In this document: in pieces, positions 1-8,940 of the stretch
Numbering within the stretch: position 1 is the first letter of the stretch
How the letters are laid out: the number at the start of each line of letters is the position of its first letter
NCBI GenBank assembly: GCA_963205005.1
Contig: CAUJHW010000119.1
Span: 14,438 to 78,437 of the forward strand
Direction of reading: 5' to 3'
Origin: Pseudomonadota bacterium
Lineage (GTDB): Bacteria; Pseudomonadota; Alphaproteobacteria; Caulobacterales; Caulobacteraceae
DNA: 64,000 nt
Program-made: the position numbers and the translations under genes
The notes under the pieces: generated by a model
What the model was told of the DNA's origin: nothing
Database searches by the model: none
What the model saw: the letters and a program-made list of their open reading frames with translations, nothing else

Positions 1-156
1 GCCCTTCCGGCCCTCGCCCGACAGCGCCAGCGCCAGGGTTTCGGGCGTCATGCGCACGAACCCCTCAGCCACAGCCTCACGGGTGGTCACGGCCTTGTCG
101 GACACGTCCACCATCCGCGCGCGGCCGGTCTCGTCGATGTGGGTGAGCTTGCTCAA
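1..156 (-). CDS. moaC: cyclic pyranopterin monophosphate synthase MoaC, 5' part only (runs off the window start)
   Basis: Manual translation from TTG 156: (M)[35 protein letters not shown], the typical MoaC N-terminus. The start overlaps the moaB stop. Confidence 0.93.
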   Translation of the reverse strand, partial: MSKLTHIDETGRARMVDVSDKAVTTREAVAEGFVRMTPETLALALSGEGRKG

Positions 157-701
157 GACTCCATCAGCCGGGGCATGAGCTCAACCATGTTGCAGGGGCC
201 ATGGCGGCTGTCGAGCTGGGCCGAGATCACCTTGTCCCAGCCGTCCTTCACCGCGCCGTTGGAGCCCGGCAGGCAGAACACGAACACGCCCTTCACGATA
301 CCCGCGAGCGCGCGGGACTGCAGCGTCGACAGGCCCACCGACTGGTAGCTGACCATGTGGAAGACCACCGAGAAGCCGTCGATCTCCTTGTCGAACATCG
401 GCCGCACGGCTTCCGGCGTCACGTCGCGGCCGGTAATGCCGGTGCCGCCGGTGGTGACGATGGCCTCGACGAAGCCCGAGGCGACCCAGCCCTCGATCTT
501 CGCGCGGATGTCCTGGATGTCGTCGCGGACGATGGCCTTGTCGACCAGCTCGTGGCCGGCCGCCTTCACCCGCTCGGCCAGCACGTGGCCCGAGGTGTCG
601 CTTTCCTCGTCGCGGGTGTCGGAGATGGTCAGCACCGCCAACTTCACCGGCTTGAGCTGCCGCGAGGTGTCGATCTTTCCGCCGGGCGTCAACGCATTCA
701 T
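153..701 (-). CDS. moaB: molybdenum cofactor biosynthesis protein B
   Basis: [23 protein letters not shown] and FCLPGS motifs. Confidence 0.93.
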   Translation of the reverse strand: MNALTPGGKIDTSRQLKPVKLAVLTISDTRDEESDTSGHVLAERVKAAGHELVDKAIVRDDIQDIRAKIEGWVASGFVEAIVTTGGTGITGRDVTPEAVRPMFDKEIDGFSVVFHMVSYQSVGLSTLQSRALAGIVKGVFVFCLPGSNGAVKDGWDKVISAQLDSRHGPCNMVELMPRLMES

Positions 702-760
702 GGGTGGGCTCCTTCGCCCAACCTTTTAGCCGCCCGAACGCCCGGCGCGAAGCCGGCGCG

Positions 761-1969
761 TCACGTCGACTGCGTGTTGTCCGGCAGGTTCAGGATCCGC
801 TTGGAGATGATGTTGTTCTGGATCTCGGCCGAGCCGCCGTAGATCGACATCGCCTTGCCCCAGAGCCAGGCGCTGACGGCTTCCAGTTCCTCGGCCTTGT
901 AGCCTTCGCCGGCCCAGCCCAGGCCCTGCGAGCCCATGATCTCCAGCATCAGTTCGGCGCGGGCCTGCGACACCGTCGTGGCCGAGTTCTTCAGGATGGA
1001 GGCCGCATTGGTGGCCCCGGACGCGCCCTTGGCCTCGGCCATCGCCCGCGAAAGGGTCAGGCCGTGGACCCGGCCGTCCATCAGGTGCTTCACCACCCGC
1101 GTGCGCAGGTCGAGGTCGGCGATCCGGCCTTCCTCGTCGGCGCCGACATATTCCTTGGCGATGTCTTCCAGCGGGGTCGGACGGCCCATGCCGCCTGCGC
1201 CGGTCTGGCTGGCCCGCTCGTGCTGCAGCAGACGCTTGCCCACCGTCCAGCCAACGTTGATCTGCCCGAGGATCGCGTCCTTGGGCGCCACGGCGTCGGT
1301 GAAGAAGGTCTCGCAGAAGGGCGAGGCGCCCGAGATCAGCTTGATCGGCCGGGTCTCGACGCCCGGCTGCTTCATGTCGAGCAGGATGAAGCTGATGCCC
1401 TCATGCTTCTTCGCCGAGGGGTCGGTCCGCACCAGGGCGCCGCACCATTCGGAGTACTGCGCGCCGCTTGTCCACACCTTGCTGCCGTTGATCTTCCAGT
1501 GATCTCCGGCGTCTTCGCAGCGGGTCTGCAGCGAGGCCAGGTCCGAGCCCGCGTTGGGTTCGGAGTAGCCGACGCACCACTGGACCTCGCCGCGGATGAT
1601 CGGCGGCAGGTGCTTGGCCTTCTGCTCGGGCGTGCCGTAGTCCATGATCGTCGGGCCGATCATGGTGATGCCCATGCCGAAGGTCAGCGGGTTGAAGGCG
1701 CCGGCCTTGGCCATCTCCTGGCCCAGCACCCGGGCCTGCTGCGGGGTCAGTCCGCCGCCGCCGTATTCCGTCGGCCACGTGGGGGTGGCCCATCCCTTTT
1801 CGCCGATCGCCTTCTTCCAGGCCTTGAGGTCCGGGTCGCCGGACTGGGCGCCCTCGGACGCCATCATCCCGCCCTTGCCCGCCAGCGACTTCGGAAAGTT
1901 CGCCTCGAGCCAGGCGCGCGCCTCGGCGCGGAATTCCTCAAGCCCGACGTCCGCCCCAAAATCCGCCAT
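761..1969 (-). CDS. acyl-CoA dehydrogenase family protein
   Basis: WCVGYSEPNAGSDLASL, NGSKVWTS and IYGGSAEIQNNII motifs. Confidence 0.93.
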   Translation of the reverse strand: MADFGADVGLEEFRAEARAWLEANFPKSLAGKGGMMASEGAQSGDPDLKAWKKAIGEKGWATPTWPTEYGGGGLTPQQARVLGQEMAKAGAFNPLTFGMGITMIGPTIMDYGTPEQKAKHLPPIIRGEVQWCVGYSEPNAGSDLASLQTRCEDAGDHWKINGSKVWTSGAQYSEWCGALVRTDPSAKKHEGISFILLDMKQPGVETRPIKLISGASPFCETFFTDAVAPKDAILGQINVGWTVGKRLLQHERASQTGAGGMGRPTPLEDIAKEYVGADEEGRIADLDLRTRVVKHLMDGRVHGLTLSRAMAEAKGASGATNAASILKNSATTVSQARAELMLEIMGSQGLGWAGEGYKAEELEAVSAWLWGKAMSIYGGSAEIQNNIISKRILNLPDNTQST

Positions 1970-2040
1970 GCCAAAGTCCTCCGGTTAGATGTTCGCGCGA
2001 CCATACAACGACTTCCGACTGACCCAAGGTCAGCGGCGAT

Positions 2041-2739
2041 TCAGAATTCGATCGGCTGCCCGTCCCAGGCGAAGAATCCGCCCGTCGCGACGGGGGTCAG
2101 CCCATCGATCACCGCCAGCAGCCGTTCGGCGGCGAAGTCCGGCGTGAACAGCTTTCCATCCGGCACGCCCTTCTGGAACGGCGCCGAAAGGGGGGTATCG
2201 ACCGTGCCGGGGTGCAGGGCGACGCAGATCGCGTCCCCGCGCCGCGCCGCCAGTTCGACCGCGGCGGTTCGCACAAACTGGTTCGCCGCAGCCTTGGCGG
2301 CCCGATAGCCGTACCAGCCTCCCAGCCGGTTGTCGGAGATCGACCCCACGCGGGCGGTCAGCACCGCCAGCACCGCCTTGCCCTCGCGCGGCAGCCGGGG
2401 CGCGAAGTGCTTCAGGATCAGCGCCGGGCCGATGGCGTTGACCTGGAAGCTGCGGGCCAGCCGGGCCGGATCCAGGTCGGCCAGCCGCTTCTCGGGGCTC
2501 TGGTCGACGTCCTGCAGCAGGCCTGTGGCCACGATCACCAGCCGGGGGGTCTCGACGGTGGCCGCGGCGGCGGCGATGGAGGCCTCGTCCGTGAGGTCAA
2601 GGGAAACCGCGCTGCGCCGCGAGAAGCCGTGGACCCGGCTCACCCGGGGGTCGGCCGCCAGCCTTGCGGTCAGGGCCGCACCGATTCCGCCCGACGCGCC
2701 GATCACCACGGCCTCGAACGATTCGGGGAATCCGCTCAT
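2041..2739 (-). CDS. short-chain dehydrogenase/reductase (C-factor/CsgA-like)
   Basis: GASGGIG Rossmann motif, YRAAK catalytic YxxxK, LHPGTVDT. Confidence 0.9.
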   Translation of the reverse strand: MSGFPESFEAVVIGASGGIGAALTARLAADPRVSRVHGFSRRSAVSLDLTDEASIAAAAATVETPRLVIVATGLLQDVDQSPEKRLADLDPARLARSFQVNAIGPALILKHFAPRLPREGKAVLAVLTARVGSISDNRLGGWYGYRAAKAAANQFVRTAAVELAARRGDAICVALHPGTVDTPLSAPFQKGVPDGKLFTPDFAAERLLAVIDGLTPVATGGFFAWDGQPIEF

Positions 2740-2791
2740 GAGCGGACGCGCCGGCGCGCTAAGACTGCCGCGCCGAGGTGGGAATACGCCG

Positions 2792-4159
2792 TTGATCCAG
2801 TCCGCACGCCTGAAGGTCCTTGTCGATGCGCCCGTCCGCCCGGACGGCGCCTACGTTCTTTACTGGATGCAGCAGTCGCAGCGCGCGGAATTCAACCCGG
2901 CGCTGGAGTTTGCCATCGAGCAGGCCAACGGCCTGGGCCTGCCGGTGCTGGTCTGTTTCGGCCTCACCGCCTTCCCGGAGGCCAATCTCCGACACTACGA
3001 CTTCATGCTGCGCGGTCTCGCCGAGGTGCGGCGGCGCCTCGCCGACCGGGGCGTCGGCTTCGTGATCCGCAAGCAGCCGTCGCACGAACTGGCCCGGGCT
3101 CTGGCGGCCGATGCGGCGCTGGTGGTGTGCGACCGGGGCTATCTGAAGATCCAGCGGACATGGCGGGCGAAGCTGGCCGAGAGTCTCGATCGCCGCCTCG
3201 TGCAGGTGGAAGGCGATGTGGTGGTTCCCGTCGAACTGCCCTCCGGAAAGCACGAGTACGCCGCCCGCACGATCCGGCCGCGCATCCAGCGTCTCCTGGA
3301 GGACTATCTCGCACCACTCGCCGCGCGTCCGTCGCGGGTCCGCGCCGACGCCCTCAGGATCGTCGGCGACATCGATCTGGATGACATTCCGGGGGTGCTT
3401 GCGAACCTGCAGATCGACGCCGCGGTCGGTCCGGTCCGCCGCTTTGAGCCGGGGGAAGGCGCGGCCCGGGCGCGACTGGAGGCCTTCGTCGCGAAGGCCC
3501 TGCCCCGCTACGGCGCCGAGCGCGGCCGGCCGGAGGCCAACGTCGCCTCGCACATGAGCCCCTACCTGCACTTCGGCCAGATCTCCCCGGTGGAGATTGC
3601 GCTGGCGGCGCGCCGGTCGCCGGCCTCCGACAGCCGCGACAGCTACCTTGAGGAACTGATCGTCCGGCGCGAACTGGCGATGAACCACGCCTTCTACGCC
3701 CCCGACTACGACCGCTATGAGGTCCTGCCGGAATGGGCGCGCAAGACGCTCGCCGATCATGCCTCCGATCCCCGGCCCCACCTCTACGACCGCGCCCGGT
3801 TCGAGGCCGCGCAGACCCATGATCCCTACTGGAACGGCGCCATGCGCGAGATGCGGGCGACCGGCTACATGCACAATCACCTTCGCATGTACTGGGGGAA
3901 GAAGATCCTCAACTGGTCGGCCGGCCCGGAGGAGGCGTTCGAGACGATCCTGGCGCTGAACAACCGCTGGTTCCTCGACGGCCGCGACGCGAACTCGTTC
4001 ACCAACGTCGGCTGGATCTTCGGCCTGCACGACCGCCCCTGGGGTCCCCAGCCGGTGTTCGGCACGGTCCGCTCCATGGGCGCCAACACCTTCAAGAAAT
4101 TCGACGCCGACGCCTATCTGCGCGACGTCACCTGGCTGGAGGTGGCCGAGCGGGGCTGA
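2792..4159 (+). CDS. phr: class II-type CPD DNA photolyase
   Basis: YVLYWMQ, SHMSPYLHFGQIS, MHNHLRMYWGKKIL and LDGRDANSFTNVGWIFGLHDRPW motifs. Start placed at TTG 2792 inside ORF 2330..4159. Confidence 0.88.
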   Translation: MIQSARLKVLVDAPVRPDGAYVLYWMQQSQRAEFNPALEFAIEQANGLGLPVLVCFGLTAFPEANLRHYDFMLRGLAEVRRRLADRGVGFVIRKQPSHELARALAADAALVVCDRGYLKIQRTWRAKLAESLDRRLVQVEGDVVVPVELPSGKHEYAARTIRPRIQRLLEDYLAPLAARPSRVRADALRIVGDIDLDDIPGVLANLQIDAAVGPVRRFEPGEGAARARLEAFVAKALPRYGAERGRPEANVASHMSPYLHFGQISPVEIALAARRSPASDSRDSYLEELIVRRELAMNHAFYAPDYDRYEVLPEWARKTLADHASDPRPHLYDRARFEAAQTHDPYWNGAMREMRATGYMHNHLRMYWGKKILNWSAGPEEAFETILALNNRWFLDGRDANSFTNVGWIFGLHDRPWGPQPVFGTVRSMGANTFKKFDADAYLRDVTWLEVAERG

Positions 4160-4237
4160 GGATCAGGGGCCATTACCTCCGGCGTAGTTGCACTGCCTCC
4201 CGGGCGTTGCAAACTGCGGTCAAACGAGGGGGACGCC

Positions 4238-4573
4238 ATGACGGGATTTCGGATTCTGCTGGTCGCGATGTTCGCGGCGCTGACGGTCTACACGGGGCTG
4301 GTGATCGCGAGCCACGGGTGGTCACTGTACAGCGTGGCCTTCGCCGATCTGGCGGAGATGGCCTGGCCGGGGCAGTTCGACCTCGACTTCCTGTTCATGC
4401 TGACATTCTCGGGCCTGTGGGTCGCGTGGCGACACCGGTTTTCGCCGGCCGGTCTGGGCCTGGGCCTTGCCGCCTTTCTTGGCGGCGCCCTGTTCCTCAG
4501 CGTCTATCTCTTCATTCTCACCCTGCGCACCCGCGACGGCGTGAAGGGAATCCTGCTCGGCGACCGGGCCTAG
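4238..4573 (+). CDS. small membrane protein (about 3 TM helices), function unknown
   Basis: Hydrophobic 111-aa ORF with a GGGGGA RBS-like element upstream. Confidence 0.75.
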   Translation: MTGFRILLVAMFAALTVYTGLVIASHGWSLYSVAFADLAEMAWPGQFDLDFLFMLTFSGLWVAWRHRFSPAGLGLGLAAFLGGALFLSVYLFILTLRTRDGVKGILLGDRA

Positions 4574-5010
4574 TTCCAGCGGTCCCGGTCGGCCAGGTCC
4601 TGGGCGGTCGGCTCCACCCAGCGTTCGCCATCGGGGCCATGCTCCTTCTTCCAGAACGGAGCTTTGGACTTCAGGTAGTCCATCAGGAAGTCGCAGGCCT
4701 CGAAAGCGGCCCGACGGTGGCCGGCTGCGGTGGCCACGAACACAATCGCCTCACCGGGCGCGATCTTCCCGATCCGGTGCAGGATGGCGAAGTCGTGCAG
4801 GCCGAAACGCCTGCGGGCCTGCTCGGCGATCCGGCCGATCTCGGCCTCGGTGAAACCGGGATAGGCCTCCAGTTCAAGAACAGTGGTCGAACCCTTCTCG
4901 GCGCGGGCGATGCCGGTGAAGGTGGCCACAGCGCCGGTCTCGGTCCGGCCCTGCGAGAATTCGTTGAGCAGCGCGCCGGGGTCGAAGGGCGCTTCGGTAA
5001 GGCGGATCAT
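4570..5010 (-). CDS. moaE: molybdopterin synthase catalytic subunit
   Basis: LELEAYPG, HRIG and DYLKSKAPFWKKE motifs. Confidence 0.95.
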   Translation of the reverse strand: MIRLTEAPFDPGALLNEFSQGRTETGAVATFTGIARAEKGSTTVLELEAYPGFTEAEIGRIAEQARRRFGLHDFAILHRIGKIAPGEAIVFVATAAGHRRAAFEACDFLMDYLKSKAPFWKKEHGPDGERWVEPTAQDLADRDRWN

Positions 5011-5246
5011 CCGCCGCTCATCGGCGGGAGGAAGGCGACCTCTGCACTGGCGGAAAGCGCCATGTCGCCCTTCACGATGGCCTGGTCGACGGCCACCTGA
5101 ACGCCCTTGCCCTCAAGGGCCTCGGCAAGCTCGGCGTCGCCGGCCGCCAGCAGCGCCCGCAGGTCGGAGAGACTTCCCGCCGCGATCTCGCGCTCCCGCC
5201 AGCCGGCGAGATCGCGGAAGCGGCCGAACAGCAGGACCCGCGCCAT
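5007..5246 (-). CDS. moaD: molybdopterin synthase sulfur carrier subunit
   Basis: 79 aa from ATG 5246; C-terminal FLPPMSGG; lies between moaA and moaE. Confidence 0.93.
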   Translation of the reverse strand: MARVLLFGRFRDLAGWREREIAAGSLSDLRALLAAGDAELAEALEGKGVQVAVDQAIVKGDMALSASAEVAFLPPMSGG

Positions 5247-5247
5247 C

Positions 5248-6273
5248 TCAACCGCCCGTGGTCGACATGTGCCGCGCCACCGCGGGCTGGCGACGGGCGA
5301 TCTCGAAGTCGTGGCCACGCGGCTTGCCGGCGATGGCCGTGCGGATGGTCTCCACGAGGATGTCGTCCGAGGCGCCGGCCCGCAGCACCGCCCGCAGGTC
5401 GGTCGCGTCCTCCTGCCCGAGGCAGGTGTGCAGGGTGCCGGTGCAGGTCAGCCGCACACGGTTGCAGGTCTCGCAGAAATTGTGGCTCATCGGGGTGATG
5501 AAGCCGACCCGGCCGCCGGTCTCGGCGACCCGCACGTAGCGCGCCGGCCCGCCGGTGGTGAGCGGCAGGTCCTCGAGCGTCCAGAAGCTCTCCAGCTCGC
5601 GCCGAACATCCTTCAGCGACAGGTACTCGTCGGTACGGTCCACATCGACCTCGCCCATCGGCATGGTCTCGATCAGGGTCAGGTCGTAACCATGGCCGTG
5701 GCACCAGCGGACCAGGTCGGGAATCTCGTCGGCGTTGGAATCGCGCAGGGCCACGGCGTTGATCTTCACCGACAGGCCCGCGGCCTTCGCCGCCGCCGCG
5801 CCGGCCTGCACCTTCGCCAGGTCGCCACCCCGGGTGAGCGTGCGGAACAGGTCGGGCTTCAGGGTGTCCATCGACACATTGATCCGTCGCACGCCCGCAT
5901 CCGCCAGCCGTTCGGCGAACTCGGCCAGCCGCGTTCCGTTGGTGGTCAGGGTCAGCTCGTCCAGAGCGCCCGTCCCCAGATGCCGCCCGAGGCTGGTGAC
6001 CAGGCCCATCATCCCCTTGCGCACCAGAGGCTCGCCGCCCGTGAGGCGCAGCTTCTTGGTTCCCAGCCGCACGAAGGCGGTGGCGATCCGGTCCAGCTCC
6101 TCCAGCGTCAGCACCTCGGCCTTCGGCAGGAAGGTCATGTGCTCGGCCATGCAGTAGACGCAGCGCAGGTCGCAGCGGTCGGTGACCGACAGCCGCAAAT
6201 AGGTCACCGTGCGGCCGAAGCCGTCGATCAGGGGCGTGGGTCCCGGCACGGCGATGTCGTCATAGGGCGTCAT
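5248..6273 (-). CDS. moaA: GTP 3',8-cyclase (radical SAM)
   Basis: CDLRCVYC (CxxxCxxC), [12 protein letters not shown]-terminal GG. Confidence 0.96.
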   Translation of the reverse strand: MTPYDDIAVPGPTPLIDGFGRTVTYLRLSVTDRCDLRCVYCMAEHMTFLPKAEVLTLEELDRIATAFVRLGTKKLRLTGGEPLVRKGMMGLVTSLGRHLGTGALDELTLTTNGTRLAEFAERLADAGVRRINVSMDTLKPDLFRTLTRGGDLAKVQAGAAAAKAAGLSVKINAVALRDSNADEIPDLVRWCHGHGYDLTLIETMPMGEVDVDRTDEYLSLKDVRRELESFWTLEDLPLTTGGPARYVRVAETGGRVGFITPMSHNFCETCNRVRLTCTGTLHTCLGQEDATDLRAVLRAGASDDILVETIRTAIAGKPRGHDFEIARRQPAVARHMSTTGG

Positions 6274-6320
6274 TGGGAATGCAGGATAGGGGAACAGGGC
6301 GGTTGGCGACAGGTCCGGTC

Positions 6321-6917
6321 TTGAGCGACGGGTTGCAGGCGTTGGTCCTGGCCGCGGGATCGGCGAGGCGCTTCGGCGGCCGCAAGCTGCTGGCCGACTG
6401 GAACGGCGCCCCGCTGCTGCACGCCGCCCTGGCCTGCGCCCGCGCCGCGCCGGTGGAAGGTGTCACCGTGGTTACGGGAGCGGACGCCGCGGACATTGCC
6501 GCCTGCGTGCGCGCCTTCGACCCGGCGATCCGGCTTGTCCACGCCCCCGACCACGCCGAGGGCATGGCGGCCTCCCTCCGGGCCGGCGTAGCCAGCCTGC
6601 CGGCGGAAACCCGCGCGTCCTTCGTCTTTCTCGGCGACATGCCGCGGGTGTCGCGTGATGTTCTGGCGCCCCTCGCCCGGGCCATCCAGGCGGGCGCCCC
6701 CGCGGCCGCGGCCGCGTTCGGCGGCTGGCGCGGCAACCCAGTGATCCTCGCCCGCGAGGTGTTCGGCGAGGTGGCGGGGCTGACCGGCGACACAGGCGCG
6801 CGACCGATCCTGCAGGCGCTGGGCGCGCGGGTGGTGTTCGTGGAAAGTCCGGATGACGGGGTGCTGTTCGACGTGGATGCGCCGGATGACCTTGCGCGGG
6901 CGAACGTCAGACCTTGA
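6321..6917 (+). CDS. mocA: molybdenum cofactor cytidylyltransferase-like nucleotidyltransferase (MocA/MobA family)
   Basis: [23 protein letters not shown] and GDTGAR motifs. Likely start is TTG 6321 (ORF opens at 6273). Confidence 0.8.
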   Translation: MSDGLQALVLAAGSARRFGGRKLLADWNGAPLLHAALACARAAPVEGVTVVTGADAADIAACVRAFDPAIRLVHAPDHAEGMAASLRAGVASLPAETRASFVFLGDMPRVSRDVLAPLARAIQAGAPAAAAAFGGWRGNPVILAREVFGEVAGLTGDTGARPILQALGARVVFVESPDDGVLFDVDAPDDLARANVRP

Positions 6918-7092
6918 GGTCGACGCCCCTGACCGGCGACGGCATGGGGGCCGAGGCCTCGATGCGGACCTGATCGGCGAGGTTGAGGGTCCGGACCGCG
7001 CCGGCGACAGTCTGCGCAGCCTGCACCGACGTGGGCAGGGTCAGGACTGTCCACAGCCCCTGTCCGGCATTTCGCATCTGCACGCTGACCAT
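6907..7092 (-). CDS. putative 61-aa small protein
   Basis: GC3-rich codon usage; fills an otherwise empty gap; purine-rich upstream region. Confidence 0.5.
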   Translation of the reverse strand: MVSVQMRNAGQGLWTVLTLPTSVQAAQTVAGAVRTLNLADQVRIEASAPMPSPVRGVDLKV

Positions 7093-7116
7093 TCTGGTCG
7101 CCTCGACATCCTAATC

Positions 7117-7132
7117 CCCCTTCTTAACCCTG
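7117..7132 (-). promoter_or_regulatory. CtrA-like site TTAA-N7-TTTAC
   Basis: Minus strand TTAAccctccaTTTAC, one mismatch to TTAA-N7-TTAAC, upstream of the 61-aa ORF. Confidence 0.4.
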
Positions 7133-7260
7133 AGGGGTAAATGGAGGGTTAAAGTTCCTGCAAATTCAAAGGGCCAGCTACCCATTGTCGCAGGCGCCAT
7201 GCAGGGTTTAACTCGGAAGCGCGCCACAACCGGACCGGGCGCGTCGAAACGACGTTATAC

Positions 7261-7284
7261 AGAATACCAAAAAACTGGTATTCT
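7261..7284. promoter_or_regulatory. perfect inverted-repeat operator AGAATACCA-N6-TGGTATTCT
   Basis: 9-bp arms in an AT-rich promoter region, 32 nt upstream of ATG 7317. Confidence 0.6.
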
Positions 7285-7316
7285 TCCCGCGATTGCCAGT
7301 CCTGGACGGACGCGCG

Positions 7317-7799
7317 ATGCTTGCGCGCATGTTCAGACCGTTTCGCCGCCTGCTGCCGGGCCTGCTGCTCGCCGCTGTCGCTACGGCCGCCGCGGCGTCG
7401 GACTATGTGGTCGTGAGGTCGTCCGACCCGGCGATCCTGCGAGGCCAGGCCTTTGACGCCGGCGCGCGACTGGCGCTGGGTCCGGGCGGAACCGTGACGC
7501 TGATGCACGCCTCCGGCGATATCGTGACCTTCCGGGGCGCGGCCGGCGGGATCAGCCTGCCCCGCCGCGCCGCCAACCCCAGCGACGCCGAGCGCATGGC
7601 CGTGCTGCGGTTCATCCTGGCCCCCGCTCCGCGCGAGACAGCCGGGCGGCCGACCCGCGCCCGCGCCGGCATCTGCCCGCCAGTCGAGGCGCTGGCCACC
7701 CTGGACCAGATCGTCCAGGTCCAGCAGGGCGGCTGCGGCGAAGCGGCGGCCCAGGCGCTGGACGCCTATCTGCTATCGCACGGCGACGCCGCGCCCTGA
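7317..7799 (+). CDS. exported hypothetical protein
   Basis: Sec-type signal peptide (MFRPFRRLLPGLLLAAVATAAAA); no family recognised. Confidence 0.75.
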   Translation: MLARMFRPFRRLLPGLLLAAVATAAAASDYVVVRSSDPAILRGQAFDAGARLALGPGGTVTLMHASGDIVTFRGAAGGISLPRRAANPSDAERMAVLRFILAPAPRETAGRPTRARAGICPPVEALATLDQIVQVQQGGCGEAAAQALDAYLLSHGDAAP

Positions 7800-7835
7800 G
7801 CAGGCGTTTTTCCAGAAGCCTCGCGCCGCCGGTCC

Positions 7836-8618
7836 ATGCACAATGACCGGGACCTGAACCGCGAGGGCCTGATGGACGAACCGATCCTGAACGTCGAACG
7901 GCTGGAAGGCGGCCTCGAGCGCGTGACGCTCAACCGGCCGAACCGCCTGAACGCCATGAACCATCCCATGGCCGAAGCCCTGCTGGCCCACTTCGAATCC
8001 CGACGTCGGGACAAGGATGTCCGGGTGATCGTGATCCGGGGCGCCGGGCGGGCGTTCTCCTCTGGCGCCGACCTCAAGGCCGCCGGCCAGCCCGACGCCC
8101 TGCGCGACGGGCCTGAGGGCGACTGGGTGCTGCGGGATCTGATGAAGGCCATGCGGGGGTGCCCGCAGCCGCTGATCGGGCTCGTCCGCGGACCCGCCGC
8201 CGGCGGCGGCATGGCGCTGGCCCTGGCCTGCGACGTGATCGTGGCCGGCGAGAGCGCCGCCTTCCACTCGGCCTTCATCAACATCGGACTTTCGGGGGCC
8301 GAGCTGGGCGCGAGCTGGCGGCTGCAGCGGACGATCGGGGTCTCCCGGGCCCGCGAGATGCTGCTGACCGGCCGGCCGCTGAACGCCGCCGACGCCCTGA
8401 GGCTGGGACTTGTCTCGGCCACGGTCCCGGACGAGGCGCTCGACGACTACGGCCTGGCCCTGGCGGCCGACATGCTCAAGGCCGCGCCGGACGCGCTCCG
8501 GCTGTCCAAGCGCAGCTTCGACGCCACGCTGGAGGCGATCAGCATCGACGCCGCCATGGAGATCGAGGAACGCGCCCAGATGCTTATGATCGCCAGCCGT
8601 CGCGCCGCCGCGAGATAA
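7836..8618 (+). CDS. enoyl-CoA hydratase/isomerase family protein
   Basis: TLNRPNRLNAM, AFSSGADL and AAGGGMALALACD motifs; alternative start 7872. Confidence 0.92.
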   Translation: MHNDRDLNREGLMDEPILNVERLEGGLERVTLNRPNRLNAMNHPMAEALLAHFESRRRDKDVRVIVIRGAGRAFSSGADLKAAGQPDALRDGPEGDWVLRDLMKAMRGCPQPLIGLVRGPAAGGGMALALACDVIVAGESAAFHSAFINIGLSGAELGASWRLQRTIGVSRAREMLLTGRPLNAADALRLGLVSATVPDEALDDYGLALAADMLKAAPDALRLSKRSFDATLEAISIDAAMEIEERAQMLMIASRRAAAR

Positions 8619-8940
8619 GGGCCGACGCAAACGAAGGCGGCCCCGGCGGCCATCGAAGGCGCCAGGGCCGCACACCCGTCGCTTGCCGTCCGTATGGGGG
8701 GACGCGGAGGCCAGCGCGATCAGGACTTATCTAGGTGCGGATCTGCGGCCGACAAGGTCCGGGCAGCTGAAAAACGCAGGCCTTCGGGGCATCCGCCCCG
8801 GCTCGCGTCCGGCCGGACATCTAAGCCTTCCTTCATGACCGGCCTGACAAAAGACCGCCCTCATTCGGACCGCCTTCTGCGATCCTGTGCGACGGGGTAA
8901 GTCGCCGGGCGCGATCGGGCCGGGGGCGGTATCGGGGGAC

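Noticed and set aside
2740-2800. RpoE (singlet-oxygen sigma) promoter for the photolyase/SDR pair, and likewise for DUF393 at 59983-60059
   Set aside because: The gene types fit such regulons, but I found no convincing TGATCC-type -35 with a correctly spaced -10.
6274-6320. Moco riboswitch upstream of moaA
   Set aside because: Only about 47 nt separate the divergent moaA and mocA starts, too short for that aptamer.
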